Assembly: GCA_963789265.1 (NCBI GenBank)
Contig: CAWBKB010000006.1
Location: 224,001 to 288,000, forward strand
Direction of reading: 5' to 3'
DNA from: an uncultured delta proteobacterium
GTDB lineage: Bacteria > Desulfobacterota > Desulfomonilia > Desulfomonilales > Desulfomonilaceae
DNA: 64,000 nucleotides
Shown here: piece by piece, positions 49,736-60,079 of the stretch
Layout of the letters: each line of letters begins with the position of its first letter
Numbering within the stretch: the first letter of the stretch is position 1
Notes under the pieces: generated by a model
Told to the model about the DNA's origin: nothing
The model's database searches: none
The model's input: the letters and a program-made list of their open reading frames with translations, nothing else
Program-made: the position numbers and the translations under genes

Positions 49736-51199
49736 ATGCAGTCAACATCGGAAAAAGGCGGCGCAGGAACCTCCGCGAAGGAGATCTCTCGCCGGTTTAT
49801 GCACCTGATGTCGGCCCAGACAGTGGAAGGGATCGCCGTTTGGGGATTTTTCGTCTATTTGACATGGGTCAATTCCACTCTGTACGGCGAGGTAATGTAC
49901 GCTTTGGCCGCGGGCAGCGTAGTGATGATAGTCATACAGTTTGGCTTGTACTACGCGTTAGTTCCCGCGCTCGGGCGAGCTGAACGAGACAAGGCCCCTG
50001 AGATCCTCAATAGAGTAAACGTCATAAAGTTGGCGCTCTTCATTCCAGCAATGATCGCCGTGGCCGGCATCAGCTTCCATAGGGGCTTCTCTGCTCAAAT
50101 GGGCTCGGTCCTCTTTTTTATATCGTTTGGATTCGCGCTCGAAGCCCTTGCCGAAACTTTTTTCGAAGATATGCGAGTTAGAGGCCTTCAGGCCAGAGAA
50201 GCGCGCATAAAGATGGTCGGTTCGATCCTGTCGTATGGATACGGCGTCGCGGCCGCGGCGTTGGGGTTCAACCCTGTGCTCATCAGCCTTTTTAAGATGG
50301 TGTCAGGAGTGGCCAGGATTGGCTTCGGCATTGCCGCCTATACCAAGTACTATTCCGCCGGTTTGTTTCTGCGGCCTCAATGGCCTGCGATTTGGAACAT
50401 GTTTAAAGCCGCGTTGCCCTTTGCCGCAATAGAGATCCTCGGGATTATTTATAACAAGACGAACATCTTCTTCCTCGAGAATACAACAGGAGTAAATGGG
50501 GTCGCGCTGTACAGCGCGGCATGGAATGTTGTGGATCCCATTTCCATTTTGGCGTCGGACCAATTGCTCGGATGGGTAGTCTTCCCACTGCTCGCTTCTT
50601 TATGGTGGAAGGATTTGGAGAAGGCCGGGCGGCTTGTGCGTCGGAGCGCTCAGTGGCTCTTGGCCTTGGCATTTCCAATAATGTTTCTTCTCCATACAGA
50701 GAGCCGACTTATTATAGGTCTCATCTATCCGGGCAAGTTCAGCGATGCCGTCTGGCTCCAGCAATATCAGGTCTGGACCATTCTGCTTTCGTTTGAGAGC
50801 AACCTGTTCAAATATGTCATGATGATAGCCGGCGCGTCGAACCTGCTACTCGGATTCGCCGCAGTGACTACCGCGTTGAATTTCCTGTTCAACGTCACGC
50901 TTGTGCGACCGTTCGGTCTCACAGGCGCTTGCCTGGTAATTATCCTGACTAAGCTGACCATGACGGTCCTGACATATCTCTACTGTCGGGTCAGGTTCCG
51001 ATTTATGAGAACGCGGGAATTCCTCTTTCCTGTAGTGCTGGCCGGAGTTTCGTTGGCGATCTTTCTGCTGATCAAGCCTCTCGTTACGCTGCACCCAGCG
51101 GTAGCAATTGCGTCGAGCTTTTATTTTCTCATACTGTGGAGAATCGGCCCCCGTTATCTAGGAGGGCTTCCAGGAAAAACCGGCAAGAAAACGGCCTGA
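49736..51199 (+). CDS. Oligosaccharide flippase (Wzx/MOP superfamily)
   Basis: Many TM segments; GVALYSAA, VFPLLASLW and FGLTGACLV patterns. Confidence 0.75.
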   Translation: MQSTSEKGGAGTSAKEISRRFMHLMSAQTVEGIAVWGFFVYLTWVNSTLYGEVMYALAAGSVVMIVIQFGLYYALVPALGRAERDKAPEILNRVNVIKLALFIPAMIAVAGISFHRGFSAQMGSVLFFISFGFALEALAETFFEDMRVRGLQAREARIKMVGSILSYGYGVAAAALGFNPVLISLFKMVSGVARIGFGIAAYTKYYSAGLFLRPQWPAIWNMFKAALPFAAIEILGIIYNKTNIFFLENTTGVNGVALYSAAWNVVDPISILASDQLLGWVVFPLLASLWWKDLEKAGRLVRRSAQWLLALAFPIMFLLHTESRLIIGLIYPGKFSDAVWLQQYQVWTILLSFESNLFKYVMMIAGASNLLLGFAAVTTALNFLFNVTLVRPFGLTGACLVIILTKLTMTVLTYLYCRVRFRFMRTREFLFPVVLAGVSLAIFLLIKPLVTLHPAVAIASSFYFLILWRIGPRYLGGLPGKTGKKTA

Positions 51200-51228
51200 T
51201 ATCACGCGGGATCTTTGACGGTCCACCC

Positions 51229-52275
51229 TCATCCCTGTTGCCGAACGATCATCTCTTCCAGTCTCGAGGCAAGCTTCATGTTTCCATAGAAATCGCCGCT
51301 TGCAATCCGTGATCGAAACCGATCCAGTTGTAACTCGAAGCCCCTGAACACGTCCGCCCCTGGAGTCGCATCGAGAGAATAGTCGCCGTACCGGAGTGAT
51401 GCCACCATGAAGGCATTGAAAAACTGTTCGTAGGCGAAACGAATTGGAAACGAGAATACCGGCTTGCCGAAGTAAAGAGCCTCCGCAATTGCATTGTGCC
51501 CGCCATTGGTTATCAAATAACGGCATGTGGCCAGATCTTTCAGAAAATTGGTGCTCGACGGAGGCTTGTACTCGAGATTCTTGGAAGCCCGCTGATAGCC
51601 CAAACCATACACAATAACCTTGTGCGGTATTTGCTCCAGGGCCGGAACCAGACGTCGAAAGGTCGGGGAAGTCTGGTATACCAGAACATGATCGCCGTCG
51701 GCCGGCTCTACTTCAAGAACCGCGCGGCGCAGCACGGGCGGAAACACCTCTGTCTCGCAGACCTGTGCCGGCGGAAGCTTGAAGAAAGTGCTGACCAAAT
51801 AATAGTCTGCATTGCTGAACATCCACCGAAGCGGCAGAGAATACATTAGACGGCCTACAGTTTGTCCCCTGGGCGTTTCATGAACACACTTATTGAAGAA
51901 ATGATTGTTGTCTATGCTCACACACGGAATACCCAGCTTGCGTGCAGCGAGGGGGGTGAAATATTCGTAAGAGGTCAGAATCAGGGCCGGATCGAAATCC
52001 TTGACTATGTCCGCAATTCTTTCGACAGTGCGCTTTCTGCCTAAAAGGACCTCTGCGGCGTTCCGGACTGTTGCGATAACATCTACTCGATTATTTACAT
52101 AATAAGTAGACGGGACGGGAACTTCTTCGACCGCGTATCCCATGCCGCGAAGATCCAAAACGCGGCCGCCGCCGATAAACAAGAATTCGTGGTGAGGCAT
52201 TTCATTGGCTACGGCAAGGGCCAGACTTATATGTCCTCCCGCGTCACCCATGATGCCGATCAGTATTCTGGCCAT
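51229..52275 (-). CDS. Glycosyltransferase (GT-B fold, MJ1255-like)
   Basis: ARILIGIMGDAGGH, ITNGGHNAIAEALYFGKP and YEQFFNA motifs. Confidence 0.82.
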   Translation of the reverse strand: MARILIGIMGDAGGHISLALAVANEMPHHEFLFIGGGRVLDLRGMGYAVEEVPVPSTYYVNNRVDVIATVRNAAEVLLGRKRTVERIADIVKDFDPALILTSYEYFTPLAARKLGIPCVSIDNNHFFNKCVHETPRGQTVGRLMYSLPLRWMFSNADYYLVSTFFKLPPAQVCETEVFPPVLRRAVLEVEPADGDHVLVYQTSPTFRRLVPALEQIPHKVIVYGLGYQRASKNLEYKPPSSTNFLKDLATCRYLITNGGHNAIAEALYFGKPVFSFPIRFAYEQFFNAFMVASLRYGDYSLDATPGADVFRGFELQLDRFRSRIASGDFYGNMKLASRLEEMIVRQQG

Positions 52276-52334
52276 AATTCTCGCGGATTCTGAATTACAT
52301 TGGAGTATAACACTATCTTGGAAGATACGGGTAT

Positions 52335-52676
52335 ATGGAAAACATGAATTCAAGGGATTCAGAGGACGAGGGCGGCAGTTTGCTTGCGGAGGTTCAAGCG
52401 GGCGAAGAGCCGTTGGTCATCCCCATAGACGGCGTATTGGACCTTCACACTTTTTCTCCGAAAGAAGTCGCGGGCCTGCTGGAAGATTACGTAGTCGAAT
52501 GCCTCAAACTGGGAATATTCGACCTGAGAATCATTCACGGAAAAGGCAAGGGGATTCTCCGGGATCGCGTAATAAAGATCCTTGCTAAGCATCCGATGGT
52601 GGAAGACTTTTCAGAGGCACCGCTCGAAGCCGGGGGATGGGGGGCCACTCTGGTCCGGCTCAGGCGCAAGAGCTAG
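52335..52676 (+). CDS. Smr/MutS2 C-terminal domain protein
   Basis: LDLHTF, IIHGKGKGILR and GGWGAT motifs. Confidence 0.9.
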   Translation: MENMNSRDSEDEGGSLLAEVQAGEEPLVIPIDGVLDLHTFSPKEVAGLLEDYVVECLKLGIFDLRIIHGKGKGILRDRVIKILAKHPMVEDFSEAPLEAGGWGATLVRLRRKS

Positions 52677-52912
52677 AAGGACAGCCGGAGAAGCACTCTT
52701 GTTCTCGTTCCCGGGCTCTGCCTGGGAATGCCAGTCTTGGAGGCTCTGCCTCGACAGTGATAGCGAAATGAAGGCAGTTTGCGGGCTGAGCCCGCGAGAT
52801 GTGGAACCAAAATTCAGAATATCTCAGACCGATTCTTAGAAGTTCGGAAACGGGTCGAGATCGAAAGAGAGCCGGCCGGTAGCGCAGTGAGCGGGAATCC
52901 GGTCACGTGTTT

Positions 52913-52983
52913 GGGTGCCACTGCTGGCTTGTCCAGCAGTGTTCTTCCAGCAGGCACTGCTGGACAAGCCAGCAGTGGCACCC
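52913..52983. repeat. REP doublet GGTGCCACTGCTGGCTTGTCCAGCAGTG / CACTGCTGGACAAGCCAGCAGTGGCACC
   Basis: Two inverted copies of an internally palindromic unit. Confidence 0.75.
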
Positions 52984-53024
52984 GGCGGATCGAAGTCCGG
53001 CTTGACGGCAGTCGGCCTCCGGGC

Positions 53025-53351
53025 CTATGGAACGCCTTTCAATCTGTGTTCCTGAGCTTCGAGCACTTCCAGTTCCCGTTTGTACCTGCCGCCTATTTCC
53101 AAAATGGTTTCAATCCATTCGCGAATCACTTTCCCCTCGGTGGTGACATAGGCTATTTGAGTGTCCATCATCCGTGTGAGGGTTCCCATGATATCCATTA
53201 GGATGTCAAGCTTATGACAATCATCCTGAATCCGTATTGTGGGCGTGTGAAGCCCCTGCTCTCCGTAAGCGTCCCAGACCATCTCTTCCATCACGGTTGA
53301 GACAGCCAGAGACAAGATCTGAATTGCCCTGAAATCCATCGGTCGCTTCAT
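53025..53351 (-). CDS. Hypothetical protein
   Basis: ORF of about 108 aa, co-oriented and close behind the MBL gene; no recognisable motif. Confidence 0.55.
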   Translation of the reverse strand: MKRPMDFRAIQILSLAVSTVMEEMVWDAYGEQGLHTPTIRIQDDCHKLDILMDIMGTLTRMMDTQIAYVTTEGKVIREWIETILEIGGRYKRELEVLEAQEHRLKGVP

Positions 53352-53377
53352 TCCTCGCAAGCCGCTAATCCGAGGGA

Positions 53378-54283
53378 CTACGAGACTGACTCTCTCGCCC
53401 TCTTTACCAGGAGTCCGGCACAGTTGAGAATGTTTTCCCGCGTATAAAGGGTCAGCTCATCGCGATAATACGTCTCAAATATATCACGAATCAGGTCATC
53501 CGTGTCCCCGCGATTGTCCAATATGCGCTCCCTGAGCTTCACCGCGGCTTGCCGGGCTTCGCTAAAGGCCTCTCTTACCTTTTGTTCACCCACAACCGGC
53601 CCCTGATGCGCGACACCGATAATCGAGGGCTGCAAACTTTCGAGACGATCTAGGGTATCCATGTACCCGGAGAATTCTGTCAAAAAGAGAGGAAATACTC
53701 CACGGCCCGGGAATCTGAATCCAAGGGAATCCGAGAGAATCAAGGCTCTGAGCCCGGGTATCCAGACCACAATCTTCCCGGGGGCATGGCCTTTGACATT
53801 GAGGAAACGCAGTGCCAAGCCTCCAATATCTATTTCATCATTATTCTTGGCAATAAGACAGTTTTCAAGGGTAGGCGCTTCAGCGACCGGCGGCCGGCCG
53901 GGCTCGACTCCGTGCGCTCGAAGGAAATTTCGCATGTGTCGATCTTCCGGTACCAGAGCCTTGCCGGCTTTCGGGTGAGCGAGAAATTCCGGCGCGCCTA
54001 CCGCCGCAACGACGAGAGCCTGTGGGTACCTCTCCTTCAGGGCCGGCAGACCGGTTATATGGTCGGCATGCGGATGAGTGACGACCAGGAAGGTCGGCTC
54101 GACTTGCAACGTGTTCAACTGCCTGATTACATCATCCGCGACTGCGGATACGCCGACCTCTACAAGCGCGGATGCCTGCTCGCCTTTCACGAGGTAAAGG
54201 TTGAAATAGTAATTACCTAACACCCAGAGCCCTTCTGTAAGAAGCCTGGGGAAGGAATCGGATTCAAACTGACTCGCCGCCAT
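53378..54283 (-). CDS. MBL-fold metallo-hydrolase
   Basis: THPHADH, GHAPG, SDSLG and AHQG metal-binding motifs. Confidence 0.88.
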   Translation of the reverse strand: MAASQFESDSFPRLLTEGLWVLGNYYFNLYLVKGEQASALVEVGVSAVADDVIRQLNTLQVEPTFLVVTHPHADHITGLPALKERYPQALVVAAVGAPEFLAHPKAGKALVPEDRHMRNFLRAHGVEPGRPPVAEAPTLENCLIAKNNDEIDIGGLALRFLNVKGHAPGKIVVWIPGLRALILSDSLGFRFPGRGVFPLFLTEFSGYMDTLDRLESLQPSIIGVAHQGPVVGEQKVREAFSEARQAAVKLRERILDNRGDTDDLIRDIFETYYRDELTLYTRENILNCAGLLVKRARESVS

Positions 54284-54524
54284 GGCGCCTCCTTACTCGG
54301 CCAAATACACCGCTGAGATCCTGGCCAAGATGATCTTCAGAGCTTCCAATATAGATATTAACTCATTGTGAGTCCACCGCCGATTTCTTCCTTTTCGCTC
54401 GATTATAAGCTTGACAAAGGGATGTACGGGGTCTAAAAATAAATTCGACTGGCCTAACTGTGGTAGGCTAGTTTGCTTCCGGAAGCCGTGCCGGAGGCTG
54501 TGAGCAAGAGATCGGGAGATAACC

Positions 54525-54842
54525 ATGAACCGTGCCCCCTCCACTAACAACTGCAATGACCTCCCCGCGCTTGATAACAAAGACTGCCGGACCGGCAACT
54601 TGATGAAGCTCTCCAACCTTAAACCCGGCCAAAGAGGAATAATTGCTCGGGTGTGCGGAGTGGCGGATGTTAGGCTCAGAATGATGGAAATGGGATTCAC
54701 AAGGGGCACTGAGGTGCAGGTGGTTAAATATGCGCCTCTCAGCGATCCCGTCGAGGTCGTAATTAAAGGATACCACGTCACGCTGCGAAGAGACCAGGCC
54801 GCAGATATTCTCCTCTGTGAGGCAGACCAGGCGGCTGCCTAA
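54525..54842 (+). CDS. feoA: Ferrous iron transport protein A
   Basis: LSNLKPGQRG, RMMEMGF, APLSDPV and LRRDQA motifs. Confidence 0.92.
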   Translation: MNRAPSTNNCNDLPALDNKDCRTGNLMKLSNLKPGQRGIIARVCGVADVRLRMMEMGFTRGTEVQVVKYAPLSDPVEVVIKGYHVTLRRDQAADILLCEADQAAA

Positions 54843-54854
54843 GAGACCCAACCC

Positions 54855-57233
54855 ATGCCCAGAGAAATAGTTGTCGCACTTGCGGGCAACCCGAATGCCG
54901 GCAAAACTACGCTGTTCAACGCCCTCACCGGGGCGCGACAGCACGTGGGAAACTGGCCGGGAGTAACCGTTGAAAAGAAAGAGGGGACGTTGACTCACGG
55001 GGATCGGAGGATCCGGGTGGTGGACTTGCCCGGCACTTATTCCCTCACGGCCTATTCCCTGGAAGAGATTATAGCCCGCAATTTTGTGGTTGAATCCGCG
55101 CCTGATGTTGTGGTGGATGTGGTGGACGCGTCCAACTTGGAGCGCAACCTATACCTGGCTGTACAACTTCTCGAATTGGGGGCTCGACTGGTCATAGCCT
55201 TGAATATGATTGATGTCGCCAAAGGGCGCAGCATACATATTGACGAGAAGAGGCTTTCCGACTTGCTCGGAGTTCCGGTGGTATCGACCAACGGCAAAAA
55301 AGGGATAGGAATTGAAGAACTTCTCGACAAAGCAATCCGACTGGCTGAAACCCCGGAAGTCGCAAGCGCCCCCAGAACTGTCAGTTACGGAACGGAAGTG
55401 GAAGAGGAACTCGCAAAGATAGAACAAAGACTCAACCGGCCCCGAAACTCAACGAACGGGCCTTCGAATCGTTGGCTTGCCATAAAGCTTCTTGAGGGAG
55501 ACGCCGAGGTGTCGAAGATGGTGGAATCCACCTTCGGACAAAATGGCGTACACGATCAGGTCGTCAAGAGCCGGAAACACATTGAAGACATATTCGCGGA
55601 CCCGCCCGAGGTCGTGTTGACGGATGCGCGTTACGGATTTATATCCGGGGCCATGAAGCAGACTGTGCATGTTGACAGTAGAGATCGCGTCCACGTGAGC
55701 GAATCTATTGACAAGCTATTGACTGACCGATTGCTCGGTCCGCTCGTACTCATGTTGGTCCTGTATTTGGTTTATATGTTTACTTTTCAGGCAAGTGAGC
55801 CTCTGGTCGGCGCTTGCCAGGCTCTGTTCGGATGGTTGGGCACCGTCGCTGGTGAAGTGATTCCTCATGGCCTTCTGCGGTCTCTGGTTGTGAGCGGCAT
55901 TATTAACGGGGTTGGAGGAGTGTTGGGATTCACCCCTCTGATTGCCTTCATGTTTCTGGCTATCGCCGTACTCGAAGACACGGGGTACATGGCCAGAATA
56001 GCATTCATGTTGGATCGGGTACTTAGAGGCTTTGGCCTTCACGGCTCGTCCGTGCTGGCCCTGATGGTTGCAGGCGGTATCGCCGGCGGCTGCGCGGTGC
56101 CGGGGATAATGGCCACGCGCACGATGAAGGAACCCAAGGAAAGGCTGGTCACAATACTGGTGGCCCCTCTGATGAACTGTGGAGCAAAACTCCCTGTATA
56201 TGCCTTGCTTATCGATGCATTCTTTGCTCACAGCCAGGCCAAGATCATGATTTTGCTAACCCTTATCTCCTGGGCAATGGTCTTGACCGCGGGGAAAGTG
56301 ATTCGCTCGACAGTGCTGGCGGGCCCGTCTGCGCCGTTCGTGCTCGAATTGCCCCCGTACCGAATTCCGACCTTCAAGGGCCTTGTTATTCACACATGGG
56401 AACGAACATGGATGTACATCAAGAAGGCTGGAACAATACTCCTTGCTGTGTCCATTGTGCTGTGGGCCATGATGACCTTTCCGTCACTACCGTCGGAAAC
56501 TGCAAAGAGTTTCGAGCAGAAAAAGGCCGAGCTAACATCGACCTTTCTCGCTGAGCCGGGGGTTCGAAGGGTATTTGAAACGAAGACCGATATACAAAAA
56601 TTCGAAATCTTTACTAAACTGCCCGAATCAGGCATACGCTCGGCCGCGACTGAAGGAAACCCGACCATCGCTGAGCTGGCGCTGGCCATGGAGAAAATCC
56701 TCCCGAGAGAGCGCGGCAATTCCCGGTTATCGGCCAATGCAGATTTCGCGCCGGTCGCTCGCGCCTATGCTGCATTCGAAGCTAATAAAATCGCCATAGA
56801 GCGCGAGAAACTAAGCGAACAACTCAAGCACACCATAGGCGGCAGAATTGGGGTTGCACTTGAAACCCTGTTTCGCCCCATCGGGTTCGACTGGCGGACC
56901 AATGTGGCTCTGGTGGGGGGATTTGCAGCGAAAGAAGTTGTCGTGGCCACGTTGGGAACCGCGTATAGCCTTGGCGACGTGAAGCCGAGGGAATCAGGCG
57001 GGCTGGCCGAAAAACTGCGGAAGGAACCCGGTTGGAATCCTCTGACAGCTTTCACGCTCATCCTGTTTGTAATGCTCTATAATCCGTGTATAGCCACGCT
57101 GGTGATTATAAGGAAAGAATCCGGATCATGGCGGTGGACGTTCTTTGCCATGCTCTACACCACCGTCCTGGCATATTGTGTGGCACTGCTGGTTCATTCA
57201 GGAGGAACTTTTTTGGGGCTGGGCCTCTCGTAG
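54855..57233 (+). CDS. feoB: Ferrous iron transport protein B
   Basis: GNPNAGKT, VGNWPGVTVE, DLPG and NMID G-motifs; GCAVPG, CGAKLP, FVLELPPY and AKEVVV motifs. Confidence 0.96.
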   Translation: MPREIVVALAGNPNAGKTTLFNALTGARQHVGNWPGVTVEKKEGTLTHGDRRIRVVDLPGTYSLTAYSLEEIIARNFVVESAPDVVVDVVDASNLERNLYLAVQLLELGARLVIALNMIDVAKGRSIHIDEKRLSDLLGVPVVSTNGKKGIGIEELLDKAIRLAETPEVASAPRTVSYGTEVEEELAKIEQRLNRPRNSTNGPSNRWLAIKLLEGDAEVSKMVESTFGQNGVHDQVVKSRKHIEDIFADPPEVVLTDARYGFISGAMKQTVHVDSRDRVHVSESIDKLLTDRLLGPLVLMLVLYLVYMFTFQASEPLVGACQALFGWLGTVAGEVIPHGLLRSLVVSGIINGVGGVLGFTPLIAFMFLAIAVLEDTGYMARIAFMLDRVLRGFGLHGSSVLALMVAGGIAGGCAVPGIMATRTMKEPKERLVTILVAPLMNCGAKLPVYALLIDAFFAHSQAKIMILLTLISWAMVLTAGKVIRSTVLAGPSAPFVLELPPYRIPTFKGLVIHTWERTWMYIKKAGTILLAVSIVLWAMMTFPSLPSETAKSFEQKKAELTSTFLAEPGVRRVFETKTDIQKFEIFTKLPESGIRSAATEGNPTIAELALAMEKILPRERGNSRLSANADFAPVARAYAAFEANKIAIEREKLSEQLKHTIGGRIGVALETLFRPIGFDWRTNVALVGGFAAKEVVVATLGTAYSLGDVKPRESGGLAEKLRKEPGWNPLTAFTLILFVMLYNPCIATLVIIRKESGSWRWTFFAMLYTTVLAYCVALLVHSGGTFLGLGLS

Positions 57234-57261
57234 GTTCAAGATTCTCAATCAGGAGACGACG

Positions 57262-57456
57262 ATGTGGCAGCATATTGTTGTGGGGTTACTCGTAGCCGCT
57301 TCGATCTTCTTTATTAGTAAGCGTATCTGGAACTGCTTCAGAGGAGCACGAGCCGGCAGTACCAACTGCGGGTGCGGCTGTTCCGCTTGTGGGCAAAATC
57401 CGGGTTCGCAGTCGGATTGTGGCGCAGGCCGTTTGGACGAGCGATGCGTGCGGTGA
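57262..57456 (+). CDS. FeoB-associated Cys-rich membrane protein
   Basis: N-terminal TM helix followed by CGCGCSAC; SD AGGAG. Confidence 0.8.
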   Translation: MWQHIVVGLLVAASIFFISKRIWNCFRGARAGSTNCGCGCSACGQNPGSQSDCGAGRLDERCVR

Positions 57457-57497
57457 AGGTGTATGCCGTACATTGGGTTGGGATTTGAAATTGGGAT

Positions 57498-58247
57498 TTA
57501 TATAGGTTTTACGAGAATTTTGGCCGCGTCGGCCTTTGTAAGTGAAATGTGATAGCCTTTGAGGTTTACGTGAAGGCTTCCCGATTCGGGGTCCTTCTTT
57601 TCTATCTCCAGGATGGCGCCGGTGTCTAGGCCCTGCTTGGCCAGTGACCTCCTGGACTCCCCAGATCCCTTCAGACTGTCTATCATGACCTGCGAGCCCG
57701 GACGGGCTGTGGCCAGGGTCAAACCGTCATCCAAGGCCGCCTTTTGGGCTTGGACTCTGCTTAGCAGCTTCTCCTTGGCTTTGTCCAGGCAAGGAATACA
57801 TTCTTCACACGTGTCAGATACACCTTCCAGCCATCTGGTCTGATCGACCGGGCACATTTCGATGAACTCGCCCAATCGGACCAATTTCTCGATTACTTCC
57901 GGGTCAAGATGATGTTCGATGCGGCAAGCATTGTCCTCCGCGACGGTTTCCCCCACCTGTAGCACCCTAACAAGGAAGCGCTTCAGGACTTCGTGTTTTC
58001 GAACTATCTCTTTCGCCTTTCTTATCCCTCGGTCAGTTAAGGTGATGAACTGGTGCGGATCGTATTGAATCAGCCCGCGTGAGCCAAGACTCTTCAGAGC
58101 CGAAGTCACCGACGACATCTTGACCCCGAGCCGGCTGGCGATATCACGGACCCGTGCAATCCGCCGTTCTTGTTCTAAGTGATAGATCGCCTCCAGGTAG
58201 TCTTCCATAGCTGAAGTAAGCGAGGGAAGGGGCTTGGCAGGCTGCAT
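57498..58247 (-). CDS. DtxR/MntR-family metal-dependent repressor with a C-terminal FeoA domain
   Basis: MEDYLEAIY, RDIA..LGVK.SSVT, RKHEVL, ACRIEH; C-terminal LATARPG..GL..G FeoA-like domain. Confidence 0.9.
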   Translation of the reverse strand: MQPAKPLPSLTSAMEDYLEAIYHLEQERRIARVRDIASRLGVKMSSVTSALKSLGSRGLIQYDPHQFITLTDRGIRKAKEIVRKHEVLKRFLVRVLQVGETVAEDNACRIEHHLDPEVIEKLVRLGEFIEMCPVDQTRWLEGVSDTCEECIPCLDKAKEKLLSRVQAQKAALDDGLTLATARPGSQVMIDSLKGSGESRRSLAKQGLDTGAILEIEKKDPESGSLHVNLKGYHISLTKADAAKILVKPI

Positions 58248-58474
58248 GAAATAATCCCCTTAGTGTGGTCAAAAATTGAGTATGAATGAGACCGTCCGCG
58301 TTGTCAAGCCGCTAATCCTCATCTTTGCTTGCTTCGTTGCCGTGTTCGGTCCTACAGGGGCTCTCCTATATGGTTGGGCTATGCGCAGGATATCTTCTAG
58401 TTTTTCTGTCAGTACATCTCTAATATCCATGTCAACACCCCGTGGCCTTGCATTATGAGTCAAACCTCCCAATT

Positions 58475-60040
58475 CTAGTCTTCCTCACGCCTTTGTCCGC
58501 TGAGCGTACCGGGGAGTTCATCGATCACGTCTGTGGCAGTGATCGGTTCGGGACCCATTCTTTTTACTATATTGTCCGCGGCCAACCCGTGCAGGTACAC
58601 TCCAAAGGGAAGAGCCTCTTCGGGCGGAATGCCCTGAACAAGCAAACCGCCAAGGACACCGCTGAGAACGTCTCCCTGCCCGCCTGAGGCCATCCATGGC
58701 GTTCCGGTCGTGTTCACGATGATTCGGCCATCCGGCGAAGCGGTCAACGTTTGGGCGCCTTTCAGGATAACCCATATACCGTAATCGGTTGCCAAGGTCC
58801 GCGCTGCCCCGATCCGATCCTGCTGGACTTCTCTCACGGTCTTGCCGGTTAGTCGGGCCATTTCTCCGGGATGCGGGGTAAGGACAACTCGAGCTTTTGT
58901 CTGACGGAGCACGTCCAGGTTCCGCGCCAGCACATTGAGCCCGTCTGCGTCGATGACCACCCGTCTCTGGTACGTGGCGAGCACCTTCTCGATCATCTCG
59001 GAAATCCCTTCAGCGGTCGATAGCCCCGGACCAATCACTATGCAGCGCTTCCCCTCAGAGAGCGCCAGGACACGATCAATCGCCGCATCGCCAAGATAGC
59101 CTAAGACGCTCTCAGGAAGAGGTTCGGTCATCTCTTCAGTGAGTTTCGTCTCGACAATGGGATTCAGAGAAGCCGGGATCCCAACCGTCACCAATCCCGC
59201 GCCCATACGGGAGGCGGCCCTCGCCGCCAGCGCGGGAGCGCCGGTCTTTCCGGGAGATCCTCCCACAACAAGGAGGTGCCCGAATATTCCCTTGTGTGCC
59301 TGAGCATCCGAACGTAGTCGCCAAAACTCTACGGCATCCGGTTTGTCGTAAAGCCATGCTCGAGGAGGGTTCTTCTCGATTGCATGGAGCGGAATGGAGA
59401 TGTCTACCACTTCCACCTTGCCGCAGCATTCCACTCCGGGATAAATCGCCATTCCCAGCTTCTTGAATCCGTATGTGGCCGTCAAATCCGCTTGGACCGC
59501 GCAGCCGAGAATCCGGCCGGTGTTGGCATCGAGACCGGAGGGGAGATCAACCGCCAGGCGCATGCCGTCGACCCGATTGATCTCTAAAATTGCCTCTCGA
59601 TAAGGCGAACGAACTTCGGAATTAAGGCCTGTTCCAAGAATCGCGTCGACAATCAAGTCGCTTTGGCGCCACCGGCGGACGGCCTGTTTGAATGATTCCT
59701 CGTCCTCCACCTCGTAAACATGAGAACTCATGCGTTCAAGCACCTGCAGATTAACCAAAGCGTCGCCGGCGACCTTTTGGCGAGGACTGAGGAGAAAAGT
59801 CTGCACCTCAGCCCCGTGATTAATCAGGTACCTGGCGATGACATACCCGTCGCCGCCGTTGTTTCCCGGACCGGATACCACAGACACCCTGAGGTCTCGG
59901 ACATCACCTCCCAGACGGGTCTTCAGAATATGAAAAGTGGTGCGCCCCGCGTTTTCCATGAGCACAACGCCCGGAATTCCGTACTCGTCAATGGCTGCTG
60001 CATCGAAGGCCCTCATCTCCTCGGCAGTGACAAGATACAT
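58475..60040 (-). CDS. nnr: Bifunctional NAD(P)H-hydrate epimerase/dehydratase
   Basis: LMENAG, GPGNNGGDG, DAILGTG, DLPSG, HKGIFG, DADGLN, TPHPGE and GQGDVLSG motifs. Confidence 0.94.
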   Translation of the reverse strand: MYLVTAEEMRAFDAAAIDEYGIPGVVLMENAGRTTFHILKTRLGGDVRDLRVSVVSGPGNNGGDGYVIARYLINHGAEVQTFLLSPRQKVAGDALVNLQVLERMSSHVYEVEDEESFKQAVRRWRQSDLIVDAILGTGLNSEVRSPYREAILEINRVDGMRLAVDLPSGLDANTGRILGCAVQADLTATYGFKKLGMAIYPGVECCGKVEVVDISIPLHAIEKNPPRAWLYDKPDAVEFWRLRSDAQAHKGIFGHLLVVGGSPGKTGAPALAARAASRMGAGLVTVGIPASLNPIVETKLTEEMTEPLPESVLGYLGDAAIDRVLALSEGKRCIVIGPGLSTAEGISEMIEKVLATYQRRVVIDADGLNVLARNLDVLRQTKARVVLTPHPGEMARLTGKTVREVQQDRIGAARTLATDYGIWVILKGAQTLTASPDGRIIVNTTGTPWMASGGQGDVLSGVLGGLLVQGIPPEEALPFGVYLHGLAADNIVKRMGPEPITATDVIDELPGTLSGQRREED

Positions 60041-60079
60041 AAAAATTCCCCCTTGATAATCGTCAGATTCGGATTAGGT

